A program made the translations under genes and the position numbers. The notes below the pieces were generated by a model, which was given only the letters and a program-made list of their open reading frames with translations, was not told where the DNA came from and ran no database searches. A stretch of DNA of 64,000 nt from Octopus vulgaris (lineage: Eukaryota): the NCBI GenBank assembly GCA_951406725.2, contig OX597835.1, positions 25,544,001 through 25,608,000 of the forward strand, given 5' to 3'. Shown here piece by piece: positions 38,589 to 51,385 of this stretch (the stretch's first letter is position 1; every line of letters starts with the position of its first letter).

Positions 38589-38639
<51 letters not shown>

Positions 38640-38876
38640 GTGTGTGTGTGTGTGTATATATGTTTGTATGTCTATGTTTGTCCCCCCAACATCGCTTGAC
38701 AACCGATGCTGATGTGTTTACGTCCCTGTAACTTAGTGTTTCAGCAAAAGAGACCGATAGAGTAAGTACCATGCTTACAAAGAATAAGTCCTGGGATCGA
38801 TATGCTCGACTAAAAGGCGGTGCTCCAGCATGGTCGCAGTCAAATGACTGAAACAAGTAAAAGAGTAAAAGAGTAA
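38179..38876 (+). mobile_element. SINE family 1 with an antisense family-2 SINE (38362-38590) nested in its central (TA)n
   Basis: The 5' half ends at GCCCGTCGTATATA and the 3' half resumes at ~38640. Confidence 0.85.
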
Positions 38877-39402
38877 AGGCATGTTACAGACATTGCTGTC
38901 TTTACTTGGGGGGGGGGGGGGGTTAATCGTTAATCTAATTATTCAAAGAGAGATAAAATATAGGACATGAAACCAACAATCAGAGAAAAGGCCCAGAGGT
39001 TGAGTTGTGATATTCTAAGTAGGTTTTGAGTGGCTGGTCATTAAGCATCAAGCAGATGTCATTTGAGCCCAGCGTCTCCTTAATCTCTTGACTCCTCGTG
39101 TTTCTCTGTTTGTCCACTGACTAGTCTTACTTTTTGAATCTGGTGTCGATTTATTTCCACGACATGCATTTGTCCGCCCACATATACTGCTATGCTCTTT
39201 TACTCTTTTACTTGTTTCAGTCATTTTGACTGTGGCCATGCTGGAGCACTGCCTTTAGTCGAGCAAATCGACCCCAGGACTTATTCTTTGTAAGCCTAGT
39301 ACATATTCTATCAGTCTCTTTTGCTGAATTGCTAAGTTACAGGGACATAAACACATCAGTATCGGTTGTCAAGCGATGTTGGGGGGGACAAACACAGACA
39401 CA

Positions 39403-39462
<60 letters not shown>

Positions 39463-39916
39463 CACATATATATATATATACATATATACGATGGGCTTCT
39501 TTCAGTTTCCGTCTACCAAATCCACTCACAAGGCTTTGGTCGGCCCGAAGCTATAGTAGAAGACACTTGCCCAAGGTGCCACGCAGTGGGACTGAACCCG
39601 GAACCATGTGGTTGGTAAGCAAGCTACATACCACACAGCGACACACATTGGTACATATACACTCTGAAACTCTGTACCACATGTTGAGATGCACACAATA
39701 TAGATGCATGCATCCATGTGGCTGTGTGGTAAGTAGCTTGCTTCCTTACTACATGGTTCTATGGGTTCAGTCCCACTGCTTGGAACCTTGGGCAAGTGTC
39801 TTCTACTATAAGCCTTGGGCTGACCAAAGCCTTGTGAGTAGATTTGGTAGATGGAAAATGAAAGAAGCTTGTCATACACACGCGTGCGCACATACACACA
39901 CACACACACACATACG

Positions 39917-40367
39917 ATATTCGTCGGACATTGCCCCATCTGATTATCATTTATTCTACAATCTTCAGAATCATTTGGATGGAAAAAAAATATGAATTCT
40001 GTAGATGAGGTCGGAACAGTACTGGAGGAGTATTTTTTGTCACAGACAAGTGAATTTTGGAAGAGAGTCCTTGCAAGTTTATCAGATAGATGGAAGAGTA
40101 TTGTAAAAAATGAAGGAGAGTATATTTTAGATTAATAAAGAACTTTGTTTATCTTAATAATAAATCTCTAAATGAGGTAAATACCTTAGGGCACAGAAAG
40201 TGTGTCTAAAGCCAGCTGGAGGAGATGTTCTCCTGGGGCTACAAGCTACAGTAACACCCACACTTAGTGGTTAGCCATATCGAGATGGCAAATATACCTC
40301 ACATTTGTTTATCTTAATTTTGAAAAATAAAAGAAGTATTAAAAAACTGCATTATTTATGGGATGAC

Positions 40368-40373
<6 letters not shown>
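39917..40373 (+). mobile_element. Mariner 3' remnant with terminal inverted repeat
   Basis: YSSDIAPSDYHLFYNLQNHLDGKK (YSPDLAPSD motif); ends CATTATTTATGGGATGACCCAATA|TA. Confidence 0.85.
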
Positions 40374-40415
<42 letters not shown>

Positions 40416-40989
40416 CACACAATTATTATTTTTAAAATACAAGTTTCCTGTGGACTTCGGTAATGTATGTGCAATAATATACAATAAAAAGAGTTAGGCA
40501 TACCTACAGATGTGTGCCCCAACAAATTTTCTTCCTCACAATTTTCAGAACAATGAATATTTTTTTAATGAAATTTTCTACAAATACACTTCAGATAGAG
40601 TAGATTGTAATTTTATCGGAATTTGTTTTGAAATTCCAGCTGTAGGAACCAAAACAAAACAGACTATGGAACCTGGTGCTGCCCTTAGTCTTGTCAGTTC
40701 CTGTTAAGTCATCCAACCCATGGCAGCATGGAAAAACAGACGTTAAATGATGATGATGATGAGGAGGAGTCCAACCACTAAGCCAGGCACTTCCACCATA
40801 TTATGGCCACAGGATGAATAGATATTTCAACTTCCTTGATTGGTTTACCAATGCTTACCAATGTTTAATCTTGGACAGATTTTGAGTCAGCAAACCTATG
40901 CTCAGAAGTTCTCCAGCCATGACCATCCAGTCTTTTCAGAGGTGTTTTCTCTAGGACCATATTATCATCTAATGTGGTGGTTCTCAACC

Positions 40990-41265
40990 AGGATCCATAT
41001 GGCCCCTGGGAGTCCATGTGGCCACAGGGAGTCCATGTTCCCCTTGGGAGTCCATGTGTCCCCTGGGAGTCCATGTGGCCCTTGGGAGTCCATGTGGCCC
41101 CTGGGAGTCCATGTAGCCCCCAGGAGTCCATGTGGCCCCCGGGAGTCCATGTGGCCCCCGGGAGTCCATGTGGCCCCTGGGAGTCCATGTGGCCCCCGGG
41201 AGTCCACGTGGCCCCCGGGAGTCCATGTGGCCCCTGGGAGTCCATGTGGCCCTAGGGGCTCCATA
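40990..41265. repeat. 19-bp GC-rich minisatellite (about 14 units) inside a MITE-like element
   Basis: GGGAGTCCATGTGGCCCCY at 41008, 41027 ... 41236. Flanks match the single-unit copy at ~3098-3240. Confidence 0.9.
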
Positions 41266-41563
41266 TAAGATTTATTTGTTAAAATTTATGAGCAATAAGC
41301 TACTTATATTTCTACAATATACCAAATATTTAAACAATTTTTTAAAAATACATTTTCTAGTAATATTTGATAATTAAAATATATAAGCCACTTTTTAAAA
41401 ACAGCAAATAGTTATGAGGGTCCACTGGAGTGAAATAGAAATAAAATTGGGTGAAGTTTGGCTGCTATTTCTAGCAGGTCAAATGACCACTTTGAGGCTT
41501 TGTCATTGTAACAGTATTTACTTGTGTGTGTGTGAGTGTATGTGTGTGTGTGTGCATTTTCAG

Positions 41564-41597
41564 GAAAGTGTCGTTAAGAAGGAGGTCATCCAAATAT
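41564..41597 (+). CDS. Candidate 34-nt microexon of the DOK-like gene (PH beta-1 strand)
   Basis: ttttcag|G AAA GTG TCG TTA AGA AGG AGG TCA TCC AAA TAT|gtacat. It ends in phase 0 and gives KVSLRRRSSKY-SKAWVMRRCTLY. The donor is weak. Confidence 0.35.
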
Positions 41598-41935
41598 GTA
41601 CATACTTGTCCTGGGGCGTTTGTTTCCGTGTTTTGAGTTGTGGATAAATGTGGGGTGGGAAGGGTTGAGAGAGAAAGACAGAAAGAGAGAGAGAGGGAGA
41701 GAGAGAGAGATTATTCTATTGTTTGTTTGAGACATGAAAACAATGGCGATGAAGGGAGACAGCGATCACAAAGACATTGGTGATGATGCTAATGACTAAT
41801 GACTAATGACTAATGACGATGACGACATTGAAGTTTAGGTTGAACAATTTATGTATGTTTAAAGAATGTCTGTGTGTCGCTATAAGATTAACGTCCAGGC
41901 TCACCACATTCATCACTGATAATGCATACATACAT

Positions 41936-42180
41936 GTGGAATCGCGTGGCTTAGTGGTTAGGGTGTTGAACTCATGATCGTAAGGTTGTGGTTTCGATTC
42001 CTGGGCCGGGCGATGTGTTGTGTCCTTGAGCAAAACACTTCATTTTCATGTTGCTCCAGTTCACTCAGCTGGCAAAAATGAGTAATCCTGCGACGGACTG
42101 GCGTCCCGTCCAGGTGGGGGATTTCTACGCCACTGAAACCAGGAAACCGGCCCTTATGAGCCTGGCATAGCTCAAGAAGG
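41936..42180 (+). mobile_element. tRNA-derived SINE
   Basis: TGGCTTAGTGG A box, GGTTTCGATTCC B box, GTCCTTGAGCAAAACACTT core; (CATA)n tail. Confidence 0.8.
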
Positions 42181-42317
42181 AACATACATACATACATACA
42201 TACATACATACATACATACATACATACATACATACTTTCATACACACACATACACATACATAAATAAATACATATATACATACTTTCATACATACATACA
42301 TGCATACACACACACAT

Positions 42318-42380
<63 letters not shown>

Positions 42381-43045
42381 CACACATACATAGACAGCTG
42401 ATGAGATCCAGAGATTTGGGGTATAGAAAACACTTAGTAGGGCTCAAATGATTTGGACTTAGACTCCAGTGTCTTTACAAGGGACCAAATCCATAGAGTA
42501 AAGAGCAGCCATAAGAAGAATCCAGGTGAGCTGATGTGGAGGCAATTATGTGAATAAACAAATTAAATATAACAGCTTGAGTTTGATATACAAAATATGT
42601 ATATGGTTCTGGAGTCAGTCCCACTGTGAGGCACCTTGGGCAAGTGTCTTCTACTAAAGCCTCAGGCCAACCACAGCCTTGTGAGTGGATTTGGTAAGTG
42701 GAAACTGAAAGAAGCCCATTGTATATATATATATTATATTAGAATGAATGTTTTTATATATAATGAACGTGAAATACAGGAAGGGACGAACACGGAACAC
42801 AGACAAATCATTCGAAGCCTTCAATCTTCAGTCAGACACCGAATCATCATAGCAAATTTCGCTGCCTTCTTGAGCTAGTTTTCTGCCACATTTCTTAAAA
42901 ATCGAGGAAGAGGCCTTGGTCTTGGGACCACTCATGTCTAGACTGAACCTGAAATTGCATGCTTACAAACCCAGCTTGTTAACCACTGAATGGTTTGCTA
43001 ATTCATTTTGCCTTACCTTTTTCTTTTTTCTCTTTCTCTTTCCAG

Positions 43046-43430
43046 TCGAAAGCATGGGTGATGAGACGCTGTACATTGTATGACAAGAGCAACAACTCTC
43101 CGGCGATACTTGAGATTGGAGAGGACTCAAAGAGCAAAGATGCGAACAAGAAATCGTACTTGTTAGAGAATCTGCAGTCGATACACATGGGAATCTTCAA
43201 GTCAAAGAGTTACCAGGTGATGATCCGCAGCAAAAGTTTCAAGCTTCTCTTCTTGGTTGAGACGGAAGAGGAAGCAGACAGTTGGGTGAGGCATTTGAAG
43301 GAGGTGTCCATATGGGAGGATACAAAGAAGAAGAAAAACCGGTCTGCGTCACCTGATGCTCGATCAAGCGTGACTGATGACAGTGACTTTGAGAGTTGTG
43401 ATAATTCAGATATCTATGAATCTTATGAAG
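43046..43430 (+). CDS. DOK-family docking protein, PH-domain exon
   Basis: Polypyrimidine-CCAG acceptor and GAAG|GTAAGG donor (phase 1). SKAWVMRRCTLY...LFLVETEEEADSWVRHL matches the PH C-terminal helix with conserved Trp. Confidence 0.85.
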
Positions 43431-43648
43431 GTAAGGTAGCATTTTATGGCAGTGACGGGTCATCTCTTTCACTCTTTCTCTGTCTCTTTCTCTCTTGATA
43501 TATGTATATATATAATAATAATTTGAAGGAATATTATCCTAACTTACAGGGAAAAATTCAATTTAGAAATACTAAATCAAATTTCACAAAATACAATATA
43601 TATATATATAAAAATCAGAAAAAACCACCTTTTATCAATTCAAAATAG

Positions 43649-43811
43649 AGTGGCTGTGTGGTAAGCAGCTTGTTTACCAACCACATGGTTCCGGGTTCAG
43701 TCCCACTGTGTGGCACCTTGGGCAAGTGTCGTCTACTATAGCCTCGCCGACCAAAGCCTTGTGAGTGGATTTGGTAGACGGAAACTGAAAGAAGCCCGTC
43801 GTATATATGTG

Positions 43812-43844
<33 letters not shown>

Positions 43845-44052
43845 ATATATATATATGTGTGTGTTTGTGTGTCTGTGTTTGTCCCCCTAGCATTGCTTGA
43901 CAACCGGTGCTGGTGTGTTTATGTCCCCATTACTTAGCGGTTCGGCAAAAGAGACCGATAGAATAAGTCCTGGGGTCGAGTTGCTCGATTAAAGGCGGTG
44001 CTCCAGCATGGCCGCAGTCAAATGACTGAAACAAGTAAAAGAGTAAAAGAGT
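43649..44052 (+). mobile_element. SINE family 1 in DOK intron
   Basis: Full-length copy that splits an AT-rich element also seen intact at ~12870-12960. Confidence 0.85.
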
Positions 44053-44281
44053 AATTAAATTACACCATCTAGAAAATTACATATAATAGAAAAATAATAA
44101 TTATTATTATTTTGCAATTTACTTAATCATTGATATATTGTTATTATTTAATTTTTTATATTTCTATTATATGTAATTTTCTAGATGGTGTAATTTAATT
44201 AATTTAATTACATATATATATATATATATATAATTATTATTTCTAAATTTCTGAATGAGAGACATTCAGTAACAGTACTCT

Positions 44282-44485
44282 AGAGTAAAGATTATTTGCC
44301 AACATAATATGGCAGTCCTGGTTAGGACAGTTGTTACTGTTATTTAGTGCCAGGAAACATTGTCTCCAGCTGGCTAAAGGATGCAGATAGTGTGTCATAT
44401 AGCCAGCCAGAGGCGATGTTTCCTGGCGCTAAATAACAGTAACAACTGTCCTAACCACATTATGTTGGCAAATAATCTTTATTCT
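44282..44485. repeat. Fold-back inverted repeat; further ones at ~44051-44210 and ~44793-44965
   Basis: AAAGATTATTTGCCAACATAAT...GGTTAGGACAGTTGTTACTGTTATTTAG pairs with its reverse complement at 44400-44485. Confidence 0.8.
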
Positions 44486-45167
44486 CTCTCTCTATATATA
44501 TACTTTATAATTATATTATGCTTATAATTATAATTATATTATACATATTATACTTTATAATATTTATATTATACTCTTATCAATACTTTGCATATGTTAC
44601 GTCCTCACATTGTTGTTTTTCTTATCTTTTTCTATATTTTTTTGAATTAATTACATACATACATACATACATACTTACAGATATACAATTAAAAATAGGA
44701 TAAAATCTTCATAAGAATTTATCAAGTAGTTAGCATGAAAAACCTCATAAAAAAAACCCATCAATTTTTTCCTTTAAATTTATTTATTTATAGTATATAG
44801 AGGGCAGTATTACACATAGATGCCACATGCTGGGAGGGTCTCTTAAAGCCAAATGACCTGCTTCGAGAATTGGGTTCGGTACGATGTGTTTATTTATTTT
44901 AGTAGTTTTGACTTTAAGAGTCCCTCCTAGTGTGTGGCATTTATGTGTAATAGTGCCCTCTATATAATACTTACAGATATATATATATATATATATATAT
45001 AAATATATATTTTTTTTTTCCGTGACCGACCAGACCATCAGATGTTGTTACACATCGCTGGTCACAATGCGTTCGCATTGTTTTAGCCTTCGAATGACGC
45101 CATCCCGCTGGCTAAGCGAGCAGGCCAATATATATATCATCATCATCATCATCATCATCGTTATATG

Positions 45168-45640
45168 GAGTAGTTGATAGCTTCTGTTACCTAGGTGACC
45201 AAGTCAGTAGCAGGGGTGGGTGCTCTGAAAGTGTAGCTGCTAGAATAAGAATAGCCTGGGCAAAGTTCAGAGAGCTCTTACCTCTGATGGTGACAAAGGG
45301 CCTCTCGCTCAGAGTAAAAGGTAGACAGTATGACGCATGTGTATGAACAGCCATGCTAAATGGCAGTGAAACATGGGCCGTGACTACTGAGGACATGCGT
45401 AAGCTTGCAAGGAATGAAGCTAGTATGCTCCGCTGGATGTGTAATGTCAGTGTGCATACTCGAGAGAGTGTAAGTGCCCTGAGAGAAAAGTTGGACTTAA
45501 GAAGCATCAGATGTGGTGTGCAATAGAGACAACTGCGCTGGTATGGTCATGTGGTGAGAATGGATGAGGATAGCTGTGTGAAAAAGTGCCAAACTGTAGT
45601 GGTTGAGGGAACCTGCGGAAGAGGTAGACCCAGGAAGACA
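45168..45640 (+). mobile_element. RTE LINE ORF2 remnant
   Basis: VVDSFCYLGDQVSSRGGCSESVAARIRIAWAKFRELLPL...GSETWA...LRWYGHVVRM...GRGRPRKT, with in-frame stops. Confidence 0.9.
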
Positions 45641-45990
45641 AGGGATTTAAACTAAGGTCTAAGCCAAGAAAGAAAAAGATTAATGGCTTAGACCTTAGTT
45701 TAAATCCTTTGTCTGTTTAAGGGTCAAGGGATACAAACTGGGACTGTTGCCCCAAATAAGTGTGGCAAGCTTAAAACTTAGTAAATGTAACCCGCAGTAA
45801 ATCTTTTATCTTCTGTATTTTTTTTCTTCTTTTCGTCATTGGGTTGTGGTCATGCTGGGGCACCATCTCGAAGGCTTTCTCAGTATTCATTCTATCAGTC
45901 TCTCTTGCCAAACTGCTTAGTTACAACGATGTAAGCAAACCAACATCTGTTGTCAAGCAGTGGTGGTGGTAGGGTACAGACAGATAGACA

Positions 45991-46024
<34 letters not shown>

Positions 46025-46430
46025 TACATACATACATACATACATACACACATACATACCTATACTCAACTATTGAAAAATCTGCCGTTACTCTATTCAG
46101 ACTAGAAGTTTAGGTTTATACCTGTAATTATTGGGGCACTGGGATATTTAATGCAATGCCTAAATACCAATCTTGAGAACAAAACCAGAAAGGAGAAAGC
46201 TGATTCAAAGACTACAGATCCAATCCATCACTGGAACTGTAAAAATCTTTAAAACTTTCAAGAAGCTTAGCATTTAAATATATATGAGCATGTCTAGATA
46301 TGTAGCTATATGCATGAGAATACATAAATAAAGTAAAAAATCTGGACACATACAAAAATACCAAGTTGTGGTGCACCTGAGCACTGTATACAATAATTTC
46401 ATTATTATTATCATTTTTATTAAAAGATAT

Positions 46431-46853
46431 ACTCTTACTCTCTCTTTTACTCTTTTACTTGTTTCACTCATTTGACTGTGGCCATGCTGGAGCACCACCT
46501 TTAATCAAGTAACTCGACCCCGGGACTTATTCTTTGTAAGCCCAGTACTTATTCTATCGGTCTCTTTTGCCGAACCGCTAAGTGATGGGGACATAAACAC
46601 ACCAGCATCGGTTGTCAAGCAATGCTAGGGGGACAAACAAAGACACACAAACACACATGCACATATATATATATATATATACATATATACGACGGGCTTC
46701 TTTCAGTTTCCGTCTACCAAATCCACTCACAAGGCTTTGGTCGGTCCGAGGCCATAGCAGAAGACACGTGCCCAAGGTGCCATGCAGTGGGACTGAACCC
46801 GGAACCATGTGGTTGGTAAGCAAGCTACTTACCACACAGCCACTCCTGCGCCT
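46431..46853 (-). mobile_element. SINE family 1 flanked by an 83-bp direct duplication
   Basis: Full-length minus copy; 46348-46430 equals 46864-46946 with two mismatches. Confidence 0.85.
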
Positions 46854-46986
46854 ATACATACAAACATACAAAAATACCAAGTTGTGGTGTACCTGAGCAC
46901 TGTATACAATAATTTCATTATTTTTATCATTTTTATTAAAAGATATCTCATGTTATTTTTTATTTTTCTCCCTTTTTTATTTGCAG

Positions 46987-47966
46987 CTACCTATTTTGAT
47001 GTTGAAGTTATCAAATCTGATGTGTCTGTTCGATGTAATATATCTGGACCTTACTCTATGCTGCTTTCCAAAACTGGCATCTCACTGCTGAACAAAAACA
47101 GACAAATCACTTATTTTGAATGGCCTTACCGATATATCAGGCGTTACGGTAAAACTGCGAATTCCTTTACATTTGAAGCTGGTCGGAAATGCCAATCGGG
47201 TGAAGGTAATTTCCAGTTTAAAACTTCTCCTGGTCAAGGCCAAGTTATTTTTGATAATGTTGCTCTGCTCGTTAGTTTAATTAAACCCATTCATAATGAT
47301 GTATCAACTCCAAGGAGTCCTGATGTTAGGACGCTGTGTTATAAAGAGGAGCTAGAGAGGGTAATTTCTAACCAGGCTAACCCAAAATCAATGTTGAACA
47401 AAACTGGTAAGTTAGAGGCTGAATTTTCTAATTCTGATGAAAACGTGCATGAATCTGTTCCAATGCCATTGAACAAAAACACAACTAGCGGTTATTCTAA
47501 TATTAGCAAAGATGAAAATGAATATTCGCAGTTGGATTTACAATATGAAGTGGTTCCAATTGTAGACAAAAAATTGGTGGAGGCTGATAATGATTATGAG
47601 ACCTTCGAAGAAAACACAAAGACTAACTTAAATGAAAACGAATACGAGTGCTTGAGTGTTTCCACATTGCAGGATAACAATGCATTCAAGATGTATGACC
47701 ATTTGAATTTCCACAATATGAGCAAGGAGGGACCTGAAGCGAATAATGAAAAATTCAAAACATGGGACTATGAAACACTTAATAATGCTAAAAAACATTC
47801 AGAAGAATTAGAAAGTCAATATTCTGAACTGATGTCATTTAACAACTGTTCGGAACCGGTTAGGGATTCTACAGTTGCTGCTCAGCAACCCAAGACTGCA
47901 CAGAAACCAGAAGTTAAACCAGTGTCTATCTCGGATTATCAAGTATGTCAGTACAAACAGAATTGA
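46987..47966 (+). CDS. DOK-family docking protein, terminal exon (IRS-type PTB domain and Tyr-rich tail)
   Basis: tttgcag|CT acceptor is phase-compatible with 43430 (G|CT = Ala). WPYRYIRRYGKTANSFTFEAGRKCQSGEGNFQF is the DOK/IRS PTB signature; stop TGA at 47964-47966. Confidence 0.92.
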
Positions 47967-48464
47967 AAATAAATTAGATAAATGAATAAAATTACAAAAA
48001 CAGCAAATCACGTAAATCACTGCAATAATATGAAACAAAAAAAAAAATGACAAAGAAAAGATTGATAACAAGAAAAACAGCAACAATGATAAAATATAAC
48101 AATGAGCCAATGAGAGGACCTCTGCAAGGTCGCATGACCTGCTGGAAATTGTAACCAAACACTATTTTCTCATCTCATAATGGGAAGGACACATTGGATA
48201 ATATAGTTTGAGTTGCACTATTGTTTTTAATGTTTCAGTCATTGGACTGTGGTCATGCTGGAGCAGTGTCAAGAACAAAAAGAGAAAAAAAAAAATTAAA
48301 CAAAAACTTTAAACAACAACAAAAAAAAACAATGAAAAACAGGATGTTCACATTTGGATTGCTTTTGATCATAAATCTGCTTTGACTGGACTGACTCAGA
48401 GTTTAACTACAGCAACTACAACAGTATATCCTAATAATAATGGTTGTATAAATCAAGTGAGATT

Positions 48465-48502
<38 letters not shown>

Positions 48503-48660
48503 GAGTGAGAGAGAAAGAGTGAGAGAGAGAGAGAAAGAGTGAGAGAGAGAAGATGAGGGAGAAGGAGCATTAGTGTAAAGCGGTTTTAAGCAGGTATTGA
48601 AACCAGGACTTACAATCAGCTTCACACTTGCTTGTCTTTTAATAATAGTGATAATGATGG

Positions 48661-48692
<32 letters not shown>

Positions 48693-49339
48693 GTTTTTGT
48701 CATAACTGCAAAGTCCCAGTCGACTGTATCCACAACACTGTATAACTGGGTATTTAAATTTGTTTATCAAAATCCTTTTGGGAAAGATGAAACGGTGAGT
48801 CGACTGTGGCAGGATTTGAACTCAGAATCTAAAGAGCCAAAATAAAAACCCAAACACATTTTGTTTTATTTTGCCTCGCCAATGCACTTAAGAATTGTTT
48901 TCCATATTTAGATACAAAGCTAAGATGGCAAGCTGGCAGAATCATTAGCACGCCAGCGAAAACGCTTAGAGTTCAAATTCTGCTGAGGTTAACTTTACCT
49001 TTCATTCATTAGGGGTCTATGAAATAAGTACCAGTTAAACACTGGGGTTGATGTAATCAACTAGACCCCCTCCTCCCCACCCTGAAATCGCTGGCCTTGT
49101 GCCAAAATTTGAAATTAATTTAGATACAAGGTCAACAACTTTTGAGGAGAGGGGAACAGTAGATTACAGTGAGCCCAATATGTGACTGGTACTGTATATT
49201 ATTAATCATGGAGGAATGGTAGGCAGAGTTGACCTTGGCAGTGCTTGAAACCAGAATGTCAGAATAGATGCTGCAAAGTATTTTGACATGTAAATGATTC
49301 TTCCTGCTTGCTACCAGGGCAAATAATGATAATTATAAC

Positions 49340-49400
<61 letters not shown>

Positions 49401-49554
49401 TAATCCTTTCTACTGGAAGCACAAGGCCTCAAATTTAGGGGGAAGGGATTAAGTCGATTACATTGACCCCAGTACGTAATTGGTACTAACTTTATCAACC
49501 CCGAAAGGATGAAATGCAAAGTTGACCTTAGTGGAGTTCAAACTCAAAACCTTA

Positions 49555-49600
<46 letters not shown>

Positions 49601-49845
49601 TGCCAGCATTAAAAGGTACCAAAAGAAGGAAGTTACTAGAAGTGACTAGGAAAGTAGATTCTGTTATTAGTAGGATACTAAAAATATAGAAAGTACTAAC
49701 TTATTGATCTATGCAGGAGGGGTAGTAGTCACCAGAAGATTAGATATCTCACATTAAAAGATTAAAAGAGGAAATGTGGAAAATGAGACTACAAAATAAA
49801 GTGAAGACTTTAAGACAAGACTTTAATGTGTTTAAATGTACACTG

Positions 49846-49881
<36 letters not shown>

Positions 49882-50093
49882 TAGGGGTGCTGAGAAGTTC
49901 CTGGCTTTGGGTAAAAGAAAATAGAGGAAGATCAGTTAATTATGATTTTTATCAACATATTCCCCTCTCAGATTCACACACTTATTGCAGCAGTTCCTCA
50001 GTTTTTTAAAACCTTGTAATAGAACTTGGAAGGTTGGGCCTCTAGTCAACCCTTTCACAATACCCTTAAAGCCAGCAACTTTTCAGTACACCT
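49882..50093. mobile_element. Mariner-derived MITE
   Basis: Imperfect TIRs AGGGGTGCTGAGAAGTTCCTGGCTTT / AAAGCCAGCAACTTTTCAGTACACCT in a TA context. Confidence 0.6.
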
Positions 50094-50554
50094 TTGTACA
50101 TATATTTTGATCAAACAGACTTCAGAAAAGCTGGGGTTGGTCTGCACTGGAAAGACTTATATCGATTAAAAGAGCATTGTGCATATCGCCATCGGAAGTG
50201 AAAAATCCAGCTTTTCAGAAGTAAAAAAACTGCTGTCTCAAATTAATTGATCTCCTTTCAATTTTTCTCTGAAGAAGGATTCTGTCCAAGATGCTGGATT
50301 TTCCACTTCCTATGGCGAGTTAACTATACTCTTTTCATTATCGATTTTATTGTGTTTATATATCATCATCATCATTGCATTGTTTAATGTCTACCTTTCA
50401 TGCTGACACACACACATACACACACACATATATATAAAACAAAAGAGGTGTATTCCCACACAGGAAAAATATAGGAAAATTTGTTGTTGAGAATGCACCT
50501 AAATTTGAAAAAAACAAAACAATTACAAGCTTTTCAAACTTAGGTGCATTTTCC

Positions 50555-50631
<77 letters not shown>

Positions 50632-50752
50632 GTATGTATATATAAGTTCAGCAAAAATTTAGATTCGAATGAATATGATACTTAATTTAGATGCACCAGA
50701 ATTTTGTATGGTGTTATCCATAAAAATTTGCGGGGTGATTATAATCAAAATA

Positions 50753-50874
50753 AGCAACAAGAATGACTCCGGTAATTTGGTACAATTGTTTCGCACTACA
50801 TAATTTAATAACTTTTAATAAAATGATGTAGTGCGAAACAATTGTACCAAATTACCGGAGTCATTCTTGTTGCT
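50753..50874. repeat. Fold-back inverted repeat containing a hammerhead 3' half (GAAA-CAATTG-TA)
   Basis: AGCAACAAGAATGACTCCGGTAATTTGGTACAATTGTTTCGCACTACAT pairs perfectly with 50826-50874. The same GAAACAATTGTA motif is at 9721. Confidence 0.8.
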
Positions 50875-50954
50875 CATTTTGTATATATATATATATATAT
50901 GCACATATATGTATGTATCTATGTCTTTCAGGCTTCATTTTTGTTTAGATAGAG

Positions 50955-51385
50955 GGGGTCTTCTCAAGCACAGCAAACCATTGGTTACCTTGACCCTTTG
51001 TCATCTCTGTGAGGTTCAACATCTGGAGGTCATTCTTATCCACTTTGTCCTACATCTTCCTAGGTCTCCCTCTTCCACAGGTTCCATCCTCGTCAAGCAA
51101 TTAGCACTTCTTTCTGTAGCTGTTCCCATTCATATGCAACATGTGGCCACACCAATGTGATTTTTCCCTCATACACATTACACCTGATGCCCTTTATGTC
51201 CAGTTTTTTTTTCTCAACTCACATTTTGTGGTACATGCGCTCTGATATTACTTATCTAACGGAGAATGCCAGCTTCGTTTCTTTCAAGCCTGTGGCATGT
51301 CATCTGCATTCAAAGCCCATGTTTCACTGCCTTGTAGCATTGTTGTTTGTACACAGGCATCGTACAATCTGCCTTTTACTCTGAA
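50955..51385 (-). mobile_element. Degenerate RTE LINE ORF2 remnant
   Basis: Reverse-strand similarity to 45168-45640 (GSETWA and GTCGRGRPRK regions). Confidence 0.7.

Noticed and set aside
40840-41377. Collagen-like GP-rich ORFs
   Set aside because: Translation of a 19-bp VNTR, whose period is not a multiple of 3.
46809-46986. N-terminal extension of the 385-aa ORF, including a hydrophobic stretch
   Set aside because: It derives from the SINE and the intronic polypyrimidine tract; the exon starts at the AG at 46985-46986.
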